The notes beneath the pieces were generated by a model that worked only from the letters and a program-made list of their open reading frames with translations, did not search any database and was not told the origin of the DNA. Positions 8,051-17,412 of a stretch of 49,248 bases of DNA are shown piece by piece; within the stretch, counting starts at the first letter, position 1, and every line of letters begins with the position of its first letter. The stretch comes from Minisyncoccota bacterium. GTDB taxonomy: Bacteria; Patescibacteriota; Minisyncoccia; Phycocordibacterales; UBA9973. Where the stretch lies: NCBI GenBank assembly GCA_041674285.1, contig JBAYVZ010000006.1:1-49248 (forward strand), in the 5' to 3' direction. The translations under genes and the position numbers were made by a program.

Positions 8051-8980
8051 ATGAAGAAAGTTTTATCTCTTTTGTTTTTCTCTGTTATGGGTATCGCTCC
8101 CAAGTTCTCATCTGCTACTGATGCAGAAATTTTCATAGATAGTATTGCTGTAGGCAAGAATTCTATATCTATCTATGGGCAGTGTTCGTCTGCCAATGTA
8201 CATACACATCTAGGATTACTAGCTGGTGGTACTTTTTTAGACGGAGACACTATGGATGTCTACGGGCTAGCACCTTTTCATTTATTCGCTAGAGATTTAT
8301 CTCCTGGCACTTCTTATCTGATCGTGATGACTGTTAGGGATTATACTGGTACAGATACGATAACAATTGGAAGTATCACGACTTTGTCTGGGAACGGATG
8401 GGGAAGTGGTGGAAACAATGGATCTTTGAAAATCAAGAACCAATCACTGGTTCGTTTTTCTGGATCAAAAAAAGTTGACCTGCGTGGAATCATCGAGCTA
8501 TCTCCAAAGAGTACTGCCATTGCGTATGCATGCATATTCTCTGATAGTTTATGTAAAAATGCTATCGCTCCCGTTAGTACTAGGCTCAACTACAGTAATA
8601 CAAATAGTTTTAACTCTATTTCAAATCTATATTATGATTTTAATATCGATACAAATATGTATGCTATTGTATGGGGTAAATTTTGGGGTAGTGATAATCT
8701 GGGCAACTCAGCAGATGATCCTATGTCTGTCAGTGTCAAAGTCATATCTTCAAAGGTGTCTTCATTGCCAGAGATTAATGAAAAGAAAAAGATTTTTTTA
8801 AGTCCTGTCCCCGCGAGTGATGTTTTGACTCTAGAGTCTTATTGTTATTATTCTGTGATTGATATTCGTGGAGTAGAGATTAAGAGAGGTGAAGGTTCTA
8901 GTATTGATGTGAGTGATATACCCCCTGGGTATTATTGGGTGGACACAAATATCGGCTTGGGTCGTTTTTGGAAAAATTAA
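8051..8980 (+). CDS. secreted protein with T9SS-type (Por_Secre_tail-like) C-terminal domain
   Basis: Signal peptide present. The last ~60 aa (SPVPASDVLTLES..YSVIDIRGVEIKRGEGSSIDVSDIPPGYYWVDTNIGLGRFWKN) resemble the type A sorting domain consensus. Confidence 0.55.
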   Translation: MKKVLSLLFFSVMGIAPKFSSATDAEIFIDSIAVGKNSISIYGQCSSANVHTHLGLLAGGTFLDGDTMDVYGLAPFHLFARDLSPGTSYLIVMTVRDYTGTDTITIGSITTLSGNGWGSGGNNGSLKIKNQSLVRFSGSKKVDLRGIIELSPKSTAIAYACIFSDSLCKNAIAPVSTRLNYSNTNSFNSISNLYYDFNIDTNMYAIVWGKFWGSDNLGNSADDPMSVSVKVISSKVSSLPEINEKKKIFLSPVPASDVLTLESYCYYSVIDIRGVEIKRGEGSSIDVSDIPPGYYWVDTNIGLGRFWKN

Positions 8981-8983
8981 AAA

Positions 8984-9012
8984 AGGTGCTTCGGAAACGA
9001 AGCGCCTTTTTG
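8984..9012 (+). terminator. intrinsic terminator
   Basis: aggtgcttcg/cgaagcgcct stem followed by a T-run. Confidence 0.8.
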
Positions 9013-9017
9013 CTATG

Positions 9018-9046
9018 TTGAGTAAAAACTCAAAATGATGTATAGT
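9018..9046 (+). promoter_or_regulatory. sigma70-type promoter
   Basis: TTGAGT (9018-9023), 17-nt spacer, TATAGT (9041-9046). Confidence 0.55.
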
Positions 9047-9082
9047 GTTTATATATCTTATTAAATAACCAAAATTAACGAA

Positions 9083-9214
9083 ATGGCAAAAAGAAGTACA
9101 AATCTTGGAGTTCACCCAAAATCAATACATTCTCACAAGACAGCAAAGAGACTAGCTATCAAGAGAGAGATGCTTGCAAAGAAAGCTCTAAAGAATAAAA
9201 AAGGCAAAAAATAA
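9083..9214 (+). CDS. small highly basic protein (43 aa)
   Basis: My own translation: MAKRSTNLGVHPKSIHSHKTAKRLAIKREMLAKKALKNKKGKK. Below the ORF-track length cutoff. It is bracketed by its own promoter and terminator. No ribosomal-protein family matched from memory. Confidence 0.45.
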   Translation: MAKRSTNLGVHPKSIHSHKTAKRLAIKREMLAKKALKNKKGKK

Positions 9215-9216
9215 AA

Positions 9217-9237
9217 AACTCCACTCGGAGTTTTTTA
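9217..9237 (+). terminator. intrinsic terminator
   Basis: aactcc/ggagtt stem followed by T6. Confidence 0.6.
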
Positions 9238-9306
9238 TTTTTTGCTATCTTGCAAAAACAATTTATGGTAAAATATTTGTATATATAAATAACTATATTT
9301 AATCAC

Positions 9307-9891
9307 ATGAGACATCATATTAAAAAAACAATTCATATAACTTTTGGTGGAGTCGCTGTAATAGTCGGGCTTATTATTATATCTGGAATAATTGAATATC
9401 TTTTGATAAGGGGTAGTACTATAAAGCCCGGAGTCAATGCTCCAGATGTCGCAAATATGGCATACGATATAAATGGTGCAGTTTTTAATCTGCAAGATGG
9501 GGTAAATATAAATCAATACACATCTAGCTCTGCTATGAATAATAAGCTATCTATATTTGGTGACCCCGTGTATTCGGATTTTGATAAAGATAGAGATATA
9601 GATGCAGCCGCTATATTAATCGATGAGACTGGAGCTATAGGCAATTACTATTATGGAGTACTGGTTGTAAATGATAGTGGTGTATTTCGACCTACAAATG
9701 TGATATATCTAGGGAACAATATCAGTGCCCCCGTCGCAAAAGTCATAGATGGGCATATTGTGTATAGCTATACTACTACTGACGGAGTAGAATCATCTAC
9801 TACTGGTTCTGAATTTAAGAAATCTCTCTGGATAAAGTATGACAAAACTATAAATCAAATAAGTGAATTTATAGACTCAAATTCAAGATAA
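9307..9891 (+). CDS. membrane-anchored hypothetical protein
   Basis: N-terminal TM segment (FGGVAVIVGLIIISGII) and a Thr/Ser-rich exported domain. TATATT lies 7 nt upstream of the ATG. Confidence 0.5.
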   Translation: MRHHIKKTIHITFGGVAVIVGLIIISGIIEYLLIRGSTIKPGVNAPDVANMAYDINGAVFNLQDGVNINQYTSSSAMNNKLSIFGDPVYSDFDKDRDIDAAAILIDETGAIGNYYYGVLVVNDSGVFRPTNVIYLGNNISAPVAKVIDGHIVYSYTTTDGVESSTTGSEFKKSLWIKYDKTINQISEFIDSNSR

Positions 9892-9932
9892 GCTTTCTAT
9901 TTAATGAAAAATAGTGTATTCTGTATGTCTAT

Positions 9933-11408
9933 ATGGCACACGGCGAAGTAGTAGTAAGATTTGAAAAAGTCACATTTGAATATGGGCACAACAAGACGAT
10001 ACTCGATGCGGTGGATTTTTCTATTCGTCGAGGTATGAAGGTTACTATCATGGGACAAAATGGTGCCGGAAAAAGTACTCTTTTTTCTCTTATCACTGGG
10101 GTAAATGAACCAGAAGATGGTCAAATACATCTAGCCCAGCGTACTACTATCGCATTATCTCGCCAAGTAATCCCTCGCGATGAACTTGATCTGACCGTAC
10201 GGGAGTTTTTCTTAAAATGTTTTAAAGAAAAGGTCTACGATATCGATCCACGTATCGATGAAGTATTAGAAGTGGTAAATCTAAAAGGGCATGAAAAAGT
10301 TCACGATAGAATCGTGCGCTCTTTTTCTGGTGGTCAGCAGGCGCGTATACTACTGGCATCTGCTCTGATTCAAGATCCGGATATATTGCTCCTCGACGAG
10401 CCTACAAACAATCTAGACAAAGCTGGTATAGCACACCTAACAGACTTTTTGGTGAAATACAAAAAGACTGTGATTGTCATTTCCCACGATGCACATTTTC
10501 TAAATGCATTTACTGATGCAGTTTTGTATCTTGATGTATACACTAAGAAGATAGAACAATATGTCGGTAACTATACAGATGTTCGAGATCAGATCGCTGT
10601 ACGTATGGAGCGCGAGAATAGAAAGAATGCTCTCCTCTCAAAAGAAATCCAAGCAAAAAAAGATCAGGCCAATGCTTTTGCGATGAAGGGGGGAAATCTC
10701 CGTGCTGTAGCAAAGCGCATGCGTGAGCTGGCAGCTGATCTAGAAGAAGAAAAGGTTGATGTACGAAAAGAAGATAAAACTATCCGACCATTCAAGATCC
10801 CATTCCAGGGTGATCTGATCGGTGATATCATCACTTTTGAATCTGTATCTATACTCAAGAAACACAAGCCAACACAAGTAAAAGTAAATATAAAACTCCG
10901 CAAGAACAAGCACCTATTGCTATCTGGTCCTAATGGTATCGGCAAGAGTACGCTACTGGAAGCTCTCGCAAACAATCGTGCAGAAGGTGTGACTATTGCA
11001 CCAGATGTAAATATCGGATACTATCGTCAAGATTTCTCGACGCTTAATTTCGAGCATACAGTATTCGAGGCACTCGCTGATGTGTCTCGTAAATACGCAG
11101 GTCGCGTAGATGAAGAGCGTATCCGTGCTACAGCCGCATCATTCCTCATCACAGGGGATATGGTACATACTCGTATAGGTAGCCTATCAGAGGGGCAGAA
11201 GGGGCTGGTCGCATTTGCGAGCCTGGTCATAGAGCGCCCAGGATTGCTCATACTCGATGAGCCTACAAACCATATAAACTTCCGCCATCTACCAGTCATC
11301 GCCAAGGCCCTCGATGAATATGAAGGTGCCATGATCCTCGTATCCCACGTACCAGAATTCGTAGAACAGATTCGCATAGACGAGATTCTTGATTTAGATA
11401 AGCATTAA
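9933..11408 (+). CDS. ABC-F family ATPase (two fused ABC domains, no TM domain)
   Basis: Two Walker A motifs (GQNGAGKST, GPNGIGKST), two signature motifs (FSGGQQARI, LSEGQKGLV) and two Walker B motifs (LLLDEPTNNLD, LILDEPTNHIN). Confidence 0.9.
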   Translation: MAHGEVVVRFEKVTFEYGHNKTILDAVDFSIRRGMKVTIMGQNGAGKSTLFSLITGVNEPEDGQIHLAQRTTIALSRQVIPRDELDLTVREFFLKCFKEKVYDIDPRIDEVLEVVNLKGHEKVHDRIVRSFSGGQQARILLASALIQDPDILLLDEPTNNLDKAGIAHLTDFLVKYKKTVIVISHDAHFLNAFTDAVLYLDVYTKKIEQYVGNYTDVRDQIAVRMERENRKNALLSKEIQAKKDQANAFAMKGGNLRAVAKRMRELAADLEEEKVDVRKEDKTIRPFKIPFQGDLIGDIITFESVSILKKHKPTQVKVNIKLRKNKHLLLSGPNGIGKSTLLEALANNRAEGVTIAPDVNIGYYRQDFSTLNFEHTVFEALADVSRKYAGRVDEERIRATAASFLITGDMVHTRIGSLSEGQKGLVAFASLVIERPGLLILDEPTNHINFRHLPVIAKALDEYEGAMILVSHVPEFVEQIRIDEILDLDKH

Positions 11409-11419
11409 GATGTTCTTAA

Positions 11420-11450
11420 ATAGCCCAAAGGTAAACTTTGGGCTATTTTG
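11420..11450 (+). terminator. intrinsic terminator
   Basis: atagcccaaag/ctttgggctat stem followed by a T-run. Confidence 0.85.
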
Positions 11451-11458
11451 TATTTGCC

Positions 11459-11486
11459 TTGACAATACCCCCAGGGGGTATATAAT
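11459..11486 (+). promoter_or_regulatory. csoR promoter with a CsoR-type operator in the spacer
   Basis: TTGACA (11459-11464) and TATAAT (11481-11486). The 16-nt spacer is filled by the 17-bp palindrome ATACCCCCAGGGGGTAT (11465-11481), whose last base overlaps the -10 box. The ATG at 11493 lies 6 nt past the -10 box. Confidence 0.8.
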
Positions 11487-11492
11487 AAGAAT

Positions 11493-11756
11493 ATGAACAC
11501 AAATAAACAAAAATTAATAAGACGTCTAAAAATAATTGAAGGGCAAGTGAGAGGTCTTCAAAAGATGGTAGAAAGTGATAAATATTGTATAGATGTGATC
11601 ACTCAAACATCAGCAATTAAAAAAGGACTATCAAGTGTAGAGGATGTATTGATGGAGGGACATCTTGGACACTGTCTGATAAATCAGATAAAGAGTGGTG
11701 AGACGACAAAGGCAACAAAAGAAATTTTGAAAGTTTATCAACTCAAGAGAAAGTAA
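11493..11756 (+). CDS. csoR: CsoR/RcnR-family metal-sensing repressor
   Basis: 87 aa. RLKIIEGQVRGLQKMVESDKYCIDVITQ...GHLGHC carries the family fold signature and Cys/His/Cys ligand positions. Confidence 0.9.
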   Translation: MNTNKQKLIRRLKIIEGQVRGLQKMVESDKYCIDVITQTSAIKKGLSSVEDVLMEGHLGHCLINQIKSGETTKATKEILKVYQLKRK

Positions 11757-11780
11757 AATTATTAATTTTTTTAAAAATAT

Positions 11781-12344
11781 ATGAATAAAATATCAACAAG
11801 TTTAGCAGTGTCACTCATGATCGTCACCGGTGTAGCAGGTCTTGCAATAGGATACACTACAAACCCTCAATATAAGATCAGTATGTATGACAAGACATCT
11901 ATGGATTTTGGTCGTGCAGATAGGACTCTGGATCTAAGATATATCAATGCGATGATCTCACACCACAGAGGGGCCATGCTACTTGCAGAGCAAGTTCAAA
12001 ATACTACACAGAGACAAGGTATGAAAGATTTATCTGCAAAGATACTCGCAGATGAGCCGGGAGCAATAGCAGAATTGTATCAATGGAAAAAGGATTGGTA
12101 TAGTGATACACGTCGTGTAGCAGATCCAGTAGTACCAAATTTGGGTGCTTATGATGAAAAATTTGACCTGAGGTTTTTAAATGCACTCATTGCTCACCAT
12201 GAAGATGGTCTGATTATGACAAAAGATATAAAAACAAAATCAAGTAGAACTGAAATATTAAACAATGCCGATGCCGTAGACACATTTTTAACTACAACTT
12301 TGAAATTGTTTAAAGATTGGAGGATGGAATGGTACAAGATTTAA
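11781..12344 (+). CDS. DUF305-domain protein (exported)
   Basis: Two DUF305 repeats: DLRYINAMISHHRGAMLLAE and DLRFLNALIAHHEDGLIMT. N-terminal TM/signal segment. Confidence 0.85.
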   Translation: MNKISTSLAVSLMIVTGVAGLAIGYTTNPQYKISMYDKTSMDFGRADRTLDLRYINAMISHHRGAMLLAEQVQNTTQRQGMKDLSAKILADEPGAIAELYQWKKDWYSDTRRVADPVVPNLGAYDEKFDLRFLNALIAHHEDGLIMTKDIKTKSSRTEILNNADAVDTFLTTTLKLFKDWRMEWYKI

Positions 12345-12356
12345 TCTATAAAATAT

Positions 12357-14621
12357 ATGTCTAATCAAACACTAAAAGTAAAAGGAATGCATTGTGCTAG
12401 TTGCTCGGCTATTATCACTAAAAAAATTTCCAAAATAGATGGAGTGGATAGTATAAATGTAAATTTTGCGACAGAAAAAGCTCAAATCAAATTTGATGAT
12501 GCAAAAATTTCTGTTTCAAATATGAATAAAGAAATAGAACCTCTAGGGTATTCTTTTGTAGAAGAGGTGAAGAAGGGTATGGATCATAGTGATCATGTTG
12601 GTATGAATGATACAAAAGAACAAAAGGAAAATGAAATTTCAGAAATGAAATCCAAGATGCAATTTGTATTACCTATCTCATTATTTATATTTATTCTAAT
12701 GATGTGGGATATTGCGGCAAAATTCTGGAGTATAGTGCCTATATTACCGATACCAATGGATATATTCAATATTATCTCTATGGTACTTGCAACTGTTGTA
12801 TTGTTCTGGATAGGTCAGCCATTTTTACAAGGAGTAGTAAAATTTATTCGTTATCGTGTAGCAAATATGGACACTCTGATAGGTATAGGCACACTCTCTG
12901 CGTATGTCTATAGTGTGATTATTGTAGTGCTTCCAGAATTGCGAACATATCTAAAGTTACCAGAATATACTTATTTTGATGTGACTATTGTAGTGATCGG
13001 TTTTATTGTTTTAGGAAAATATCTTGAAGCAAGATCAAAACTCCGCACAGGTGAAGCTATAGAAAAGTTGATTGGTATGCAAGCAAAAACTGCACTAATT
13101 TTTGTCAACGGGAAAGAAAAAGAAATAGCAATCAGTGAAGTAAAAATAGGAGACATAGTCATTGTAAAACCAGGATCAAAAATACCAGTAGACGGTGTGA
13201 TAGTCGAAGGGTACTCATCCGTAGATGAATCTATGATTACAGGAGAGCCTATCCCCGTAGATAAAAAAGTAGGGGACGGTGTAGTAGGAGCAACGATAAA
13301 TAAACAAGGTAGTTTTAAATTTCAAACTACAAAAATCGGCAACGATACATTCCTATCTCAAATAATTAAAATGGTTTCTGATGCCCAAGGTAGTCGTGCG
13401 CCAATACAGGCGATAGCAGATAGAGTATCTAGTATTTTTGTGCCAATAGTTTTGATTATTGCTTTTCTGTCTTTGATCGTATGGATTGTCGTAGGTATAT
13501 ATACTATTGGTTTTGCAAGCGCCCTCTCTTATGGACTCATGTCATTTGTGGGAGTTCTCGTCATCGCTTGTCCTTGTGCACTAGGCCTGGCTACACCGAC
13601 AGCTATAATAGTGGGTGTGGGTAAGGGGGCACAGAATGGAATATTGATTAAAAACGCCGAGGCTCTGGAGATGCTAAGTAAAGTAAATACTGTAGTAGTC
13701 GATAAGACTGGCACAATCACAAAAGGAAAACCAGAAGTAACAGATATTGTAATTTTAGATAATAGTTTTGATGAAAATAAAATTGTAAAAATTGCCGCTA
13801 GTGTCGAGAATAAATCCGAGCACCCACTAGCTGAAGCTGTAGTTGTATATTCAAAAGATAAAAAAATTGTTTTAGAAGAAGTCTCAGATTTTCAATCGCT
13901 CGAGGGTGTGGGGGTAAAAGCTAAAATGGGAGGTAGTCTCGTATATATCCACAAGCCAAGTGGGGAAGAGAAAAATGATATAAAAATAAAAGAACTACAA
14001 TCACAGGGCAAGACAGTGATCGTAGTGGAAATTGATTCTAAAAAAGTAGGGCTAATAGCACTGGCAGATATTCTAAAAGAAGAGACTAAAGATGCAATTT
14101 CCGATCTACATAAAAAAGGGATAAAAGTAATAATGCTAACGGGGGACAATCATTTAGCGGCTTCATACATAGCAAAACAAGCTGGCATAGATGACCTAAT
14201 GTCTGAAGTCATGCCAGAGGAAAAATCTGGGAAAATAAAAGAGTTGCAAGATTCTGGATTGATAGTGGCTATGGTTGGCGATGGGGTAAATGATGCCCCA
14301 GCACTAGCCCAGGCGGATGTAGGTATTGCCATGGGTACAGGCACTGATGTAGCTATAGAATCAGCCGGAATTACACTCCTCCATGGTGATATGTCTAAAC
14401 TTGTAAAAGCAGTGAAGCTATCAAAGATGACGATGCGAGGTATAAGACAAAATCTTTTCTGGGCATTTGTGTACAATATAGTAGGCATACAACTCGCAGC
14501 TGGAGTATTCTATCCGATATTTGGATGGATACTAAACCCTGCATTTGCAGGACTGGCTATGGCTATGTCATCTGTATCAGTCGTCGGAAATTCATTACGA
14601 ATTAAAAGTAAAAAATTATAA
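12357..14621 (+). CDS. copA: copper-translocating P1B-type ATPase
   Basis: HMA domain [11 protein letters not shown] motif ([11 protein letters not shown]), DKTGTIT phosphorylation site and GDGVNDAP hinge. Confidence 0.95.
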   Translation: MSNQTLKVKGMHCASCSAIITKKISKIDGVDSINVNFATEKAQIKFDDAKISVSNMNKEIEPLGYSFVEEVKKGMDHSDHVGMNDTKEQKENEISEMKSKMQFVLPISLFIFILMMWDIAAKFWSIVPILPIPMDIFNIISMVLATVVLFWIGQPFLQGVVKFIRYRVANMDTLIGIGTLSAYVYSVIIVVLPELRTYLKLPEYTYFDVTIVVIGFIVLGKYLEARSKLRTGEAIEKLIGMQAKTALIFVNGKEKEIAISEVKIGDIVIVKPGSKIPVDGVIVEGYSSVDESMITGEPIPVDKKVGDGVVGATINKQGSFKFQTTKIGNDTFLSQIIKMVSDAQGSRAPIQAIADRVSSIFVPIVLIIAFLSLIVWIVVGIYTIGFASALSYGLMSFVGVLVIACPCALGLATPTAIIVGVGKGAQNGILIKNAEALEMLSKVNTVVVDKTGTITKGKPEVTDIVILDNSFDENKIVKIAASVENKSEHPLAEAVVVYSKDKKIVLEEVSDFQSLEGVGVKAKMGGSLVYIHKPSGEEKNDIKIKELQSQGKTVIVVEIDSKKVGLIALADILKEETKDAISDLHKKGIKVIMLTGDNHLAASYIAKQAGIDDLMSEVMPEEKSGKIKELQDSGLIVAMVGDGVNDAPALAQADVGIAMGTGTDVAIESAGITLLHGDMSKLVKAVKLSKMTMRGIRQNLFWAFVYNIVGIQLAAGVFYPIFGWILNPAFAGLAMAMSSVSVVGNSLRIKSKKL

Positions 14622-14640
14622 ATTGTTGTATAATAAATTT

Positions 14641-15267
14641 ATGAAAAAAGAAATTACATTTGGAATAGGAGGAATAATAATCGGTGTCGTCATTGTCTTA
14701 CTTATTGGTTCTGTAACTCAAACTAGATCAATGATGTGGGGAGGATATAATTCAAATAATCAAAGATCAATAAATAGCTCTGGGCTTGTTGCATCTAATA
14801 TCGATAAGCATTTCATTGAGCAGATGATTCCGCATCATGATGGAGCGATTGCAATGGCAAATATAGCTCTTTTGAAGGCGACACATCCAGAAATTAAAAC
14901 TTTAAGTAAAGCAATTATTGAAGCTCAAAATAAGGAAATAGTAGATATGAAAAGTTGGTATAAAGGCTGGTTTGGTAAAAATATTTCTTCCTCGAATACT
15001 TCTATGATGGGGGGAAGTATGATGTCAGGAGGTGGAATGCATATGGGAGGACAGGAAGATGTGCAGATATTAGAAAATGCAATTGATTTTGACAAAGCTT
15101 TTATTGAAGGAATGATTCCTCACCATCAATTGGCTATCATGATGGCACAAATGCTCAAAGCTGGCACCAATAGACCAGAAATGCTAACACTTGCGAATAA
15201 TATTATAGAATCACAGTCGAAAGAAATTGAACAGATGCAAGATTGGTATAAAATCTGGTATAAGTAA
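14641..15267 (+). CDS. DUF305-domain protein with Met/Gly-rich insert
   Basis: DKHFIEQMIPHHDGAIAMA and DKAFIEGMIPHHQLAIMMA, plus SMMGGSMMSGGGMHMGG. Start moved to ATG 14641 because the track ORF overlaps copA. Confidence 0.85.
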   Translation: MKKEITFGIGGIIIGVVIVLLIGSVTQTRSMMWGGYNSNNQRSINSSGLVASNIDKHFIEQMIPHHDGAIAMANIALLKATHPEIKTLSKAIIEAQNKEIVDMKSWYKGWFGKNISSSNTSMMGGSMMSGGGMHMGGQEDVQILENAIDFDKAFIEGMIPHHQLAIMMAQMLKAGTNRPEMLTLANNIIESQSKEIEQMQDWYKIWYK

Positions 15268-15308
15268 TACAAAAGATTTAAATTATTAAATTAATTAAAA
15301 ATAAATTT

Positions 15309-15530
15309 ATGAAAATATCAAAAATAATGCATGTTGGGAGTGTGATTGTGGGAGTTGTCGGAGTAGTCGTATTTATTAAGACACTAGGTGTTGCTTCAGA
15401 TGGAGTGATTTTTGGAATCACAAAATTTGATGCATTGCTCTGTGTGGTAATTCTTTTTCTCATCGCTATATGGGGTCAGATTGGAACAATTCACCACATA
15501 ATGCTTGAGAAGAATGGAGAAGTGATTTAG
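15309..15530 (+). CDS. small two-TM membrane protein
   Basis: 73-aa hydrophobic ORF packed into the operon; no family recognised. Confidence 0.45.
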   Translation: MKISKIMHVGSVIVGVVGVVVFIKTLGVASDGVIFGITKFDALLCVVILFLIAIWGQIGTIHHIMLEKNGEVI

Positions 15531-15567
15531 TTTATTGTCGAAGCCTAAAAAATTATATAATAAAAAA

Positions 15568-15999
15568 ATGAGAATAATAACCAAACATATTCCAATACTT
15601 ATTGCTACTTTTGCCCTTATGGGGTACTTATTTGTGAGTATGTTTGGTTTATTGCAGTTTGATCGTACTGCGGGGGTAATGATGGATAATTGCCCTTATA
15701 CTCAAAACAATTACTCTATTTGTGAGAATGTTTTTGATCATATCAATAATTGGCAACAATTTTCCAATGTAATAATTCCAGCATCATTTTTATCTGTACT
15801 TTTGGCTTTTGTAATAATTTTCTTTTTTATTAATAGGAAAGATTTTTTACAGCAAGTACTGCGTCTTTTTTATAGATGGAAATATTATCTATACAATAAA
15901 AAATTCAATACCCGTTTATATAAAGTAATTAAATGGCTCTCACTTTTTGAGAATAGCCCATCGCTTGCTACTGTACGGCATACGAGAGCTTTTTCTTAG
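15568..15999 (+). CDS. membrane protein with CPYTQNNYSIC motif
   Basis: Two TM segments flank a Cys pair. ATG 15568 preferred over the TTG at 15535. Confidence 0.45.
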   Translation: MRIITKHIPILIATFALMGYLFVSMFGLLQFDRTAGVMMDNCPYTQNNYSICENVFDHINNWQQFSNVIIPASFLSVLLAFVIIFFFINRKDFLQQVLRLFYRWKYYLYNKKFNTRLYKVIKWLSLFENSPSLATVRHTRAFS

Positions 16000-16075
16000 T
16001 CGGTAAAAGTTTTTCGTATAGCTGTAAAATCTCTATTAATTTTAGTAGGGATTTTTATTATTTTATATTTCATAT

Positions 16076-16618
16076 ATGAATAAAAAAACAATATACTCAT
16101 TAATTGTAATAATTATGGTTATAGGAATTCTTTTTTTAGTTTCTAAGCCAAAGAAAGAATTACAAGTAGGCGGATATCATAAAACAGATGGTACTTATTT
16201 TGAAAATACAGAAAATCAAACAAAAGAAACAAATGGCAAACTTGTAGCTCTGGAATCATTTTATGATTTTGGCACAATCTCAATGAAAGACGGCAAGGTA
16301 ACTAAGGTCTTTAAAGTTATAAATGGAACAGATAAAGATATTTTTTTCCCAAGACTCACTACTTCTTGTATGTGCACAGCAGCATTTTTTGTCGGATTAG
16401 ATGGTAATAAATCGGGTCCATTTGGTATGCCGGGAATGGGTATGGTTCCTAAATTGGATCAAACAATAAAAGCGGGCCAATCTGCTGAAGTTGAAGCCGT
16501 GTACGACCCAAATGCTCACGGACCAGCAGGTGTCGGCAAGATTGATCGATTTATTTATCTTGAAGATTCAAATGGCGATAAATTACAATTTGAAATTAAA
16601 GCAGTTGTAACTCCATAA
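16076..16618 (+). CDS. DUF1573-domain protein
   Basis: Signal anchor present. FYDFGTISMKDGKVTKVFKVINGTDKDIFF...TTSCMCT fits the DUF1573 pattern. Confidence 0.7.
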   Translation: MNKKTIYSLIVIIMVIGILFLVSKPKKELQVGGYHKTDGTYFENTENQTKETNGKLVALESFYDFGTISMKDGKVTKVFKVINGTDKDIFFPRLTTSCMCTAAFFVGLDGNKSGPFGMPGMGMVPKLDQTIKAGQSAEVEAVYDPNAHGPAGVGKIDRFIYLEDSNGDKLQFEIKAVVTP

Positions 16619-16622
16619 ATTT

Positions 16623-17402
16623 ATGAAAAAAATCATTATTACAATTAGCATAATACTTATCTTTATAGTTGGTATAGTTATTCTGAAAAATAGTTCATCA
16701 ACTTCATCAATTATTTGGGAATTAAGTAGGGGAGGTTCATGGCTTTTACCATTAGTTCTTATCGCTGCACTTCTAGACAGTGTTCATCCGTGTTCGTTCT
16801 CGATTCTACTCATCACAATTGCATTTCTTTTTGGAATGCAAATGACTAGAAAGAAAATCTTGCAATTGGGTGGAACATATATCGCTGGAATTTTTACTGC
16901 ATATTTCTTGATAGGGCTTGGAATATTAAAAATATTACATATCTTCAATACTCCTCATTTTATGGGGAAGTTAGGGGCGACATTATTGATTACTTTTGGA
17001 ATTCTAAATCTTATCAATCGTTTCTTCCCAGCATTTCCAGTCAAGCTTAAAATCCCGTCTATTGCTCATGGAATAATGGGCAAACTAATGGACAAAGCTT
17101 CATATGCGGCAGTATTTGGACTCGGTTTACTTGTGGGTATTTGTCAATTCCCGTGCATGGGCGGGCCATACCTGATGGTTATTGGGCTCTTAAAAGATCA
17201 AGTTACATATATGAGTGGCTTTAATTATCTTTTACTCTATAACTTTATACTTATTATCCCACTAGTTGCGGTACTGTTCATATCAGCTGATAAATTACTG
17301 GTTGATAAAATGGAAAGTTGGAAGCGTAACAATATCGGTGGAGTAAAACTTTGGTCTGGAATCGCTATGATTATTATTGGCATCTTAATATTATTCATTT
17401 AA
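16623..17402 (+). CDS. CcdA/DsbD-family thiol:disulfide transfer membrane protein
   Basis: Multi-TM protein with the two conserved membrane Cys in LDSVHPCSF and QFPCMGGPYL. Confidence 0.8.
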   Translation: MKKIIITISIILIFIVGIVILKNSSSTSSIIWELSRGGSWLLPLVLIAALLDSVHPCSFSILLITIAFLFGMQMTRKKILQLGGTYIAGIFTAYFLIGLGILKILHIFNTPHFMGKLGATLLITFGILNLINRFFPAFPVKLKIPSIAHGIMGKLMDKASYAAVFGLGLLVGICQFPCMGGPYLMVIGLLKDQVTYMSGFNYLLLYNFILIIPLVAVLFISADKLLVDKMESWKRNNIGGVKLWSGIAMIIIGILILFI

Positions 17403-17412
17403 TTAAAATCAT

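Noticed and set aside
8568-8577. Extra matches to the element terminus: CCCGTTAG inside CDS 8051..8980, CTAACGGG at about 14143-14150 in copA, and AATCCCGT at about 17051-17058
   Set aside because: These are isolated 8-mers within coding sequence. None has a partner repeat, flanking duplication or AT-rich interior nearby. That is consistent with chance in 49 kb on both strands.
14545-14640. N-terminal extensions in the ORF track (14545, 15535, 17706, 18578, 20515, 29181, 29702, 39035, 40506, 34626(-), 35650(-), 1589(-))
   Set aside because: The extensions overlap the preceding gene, a terminator or a promoter, or begin at TTG. The internal ATG gives a canonical N-terminus, such as MKK plus a signal anchor, INGFGRIGR spacing in gap, or GLQWGDEGKG spacing in purA.
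15999-16075. Weak hairpins after 15999 and after 19412 as internal terminators of the copper operon
   Set aside because: The stems are short and A/T-only, with mismatches and no clear stem plus T-run structure. They are not convincing compared with the strong terminators elsewhere in the window.
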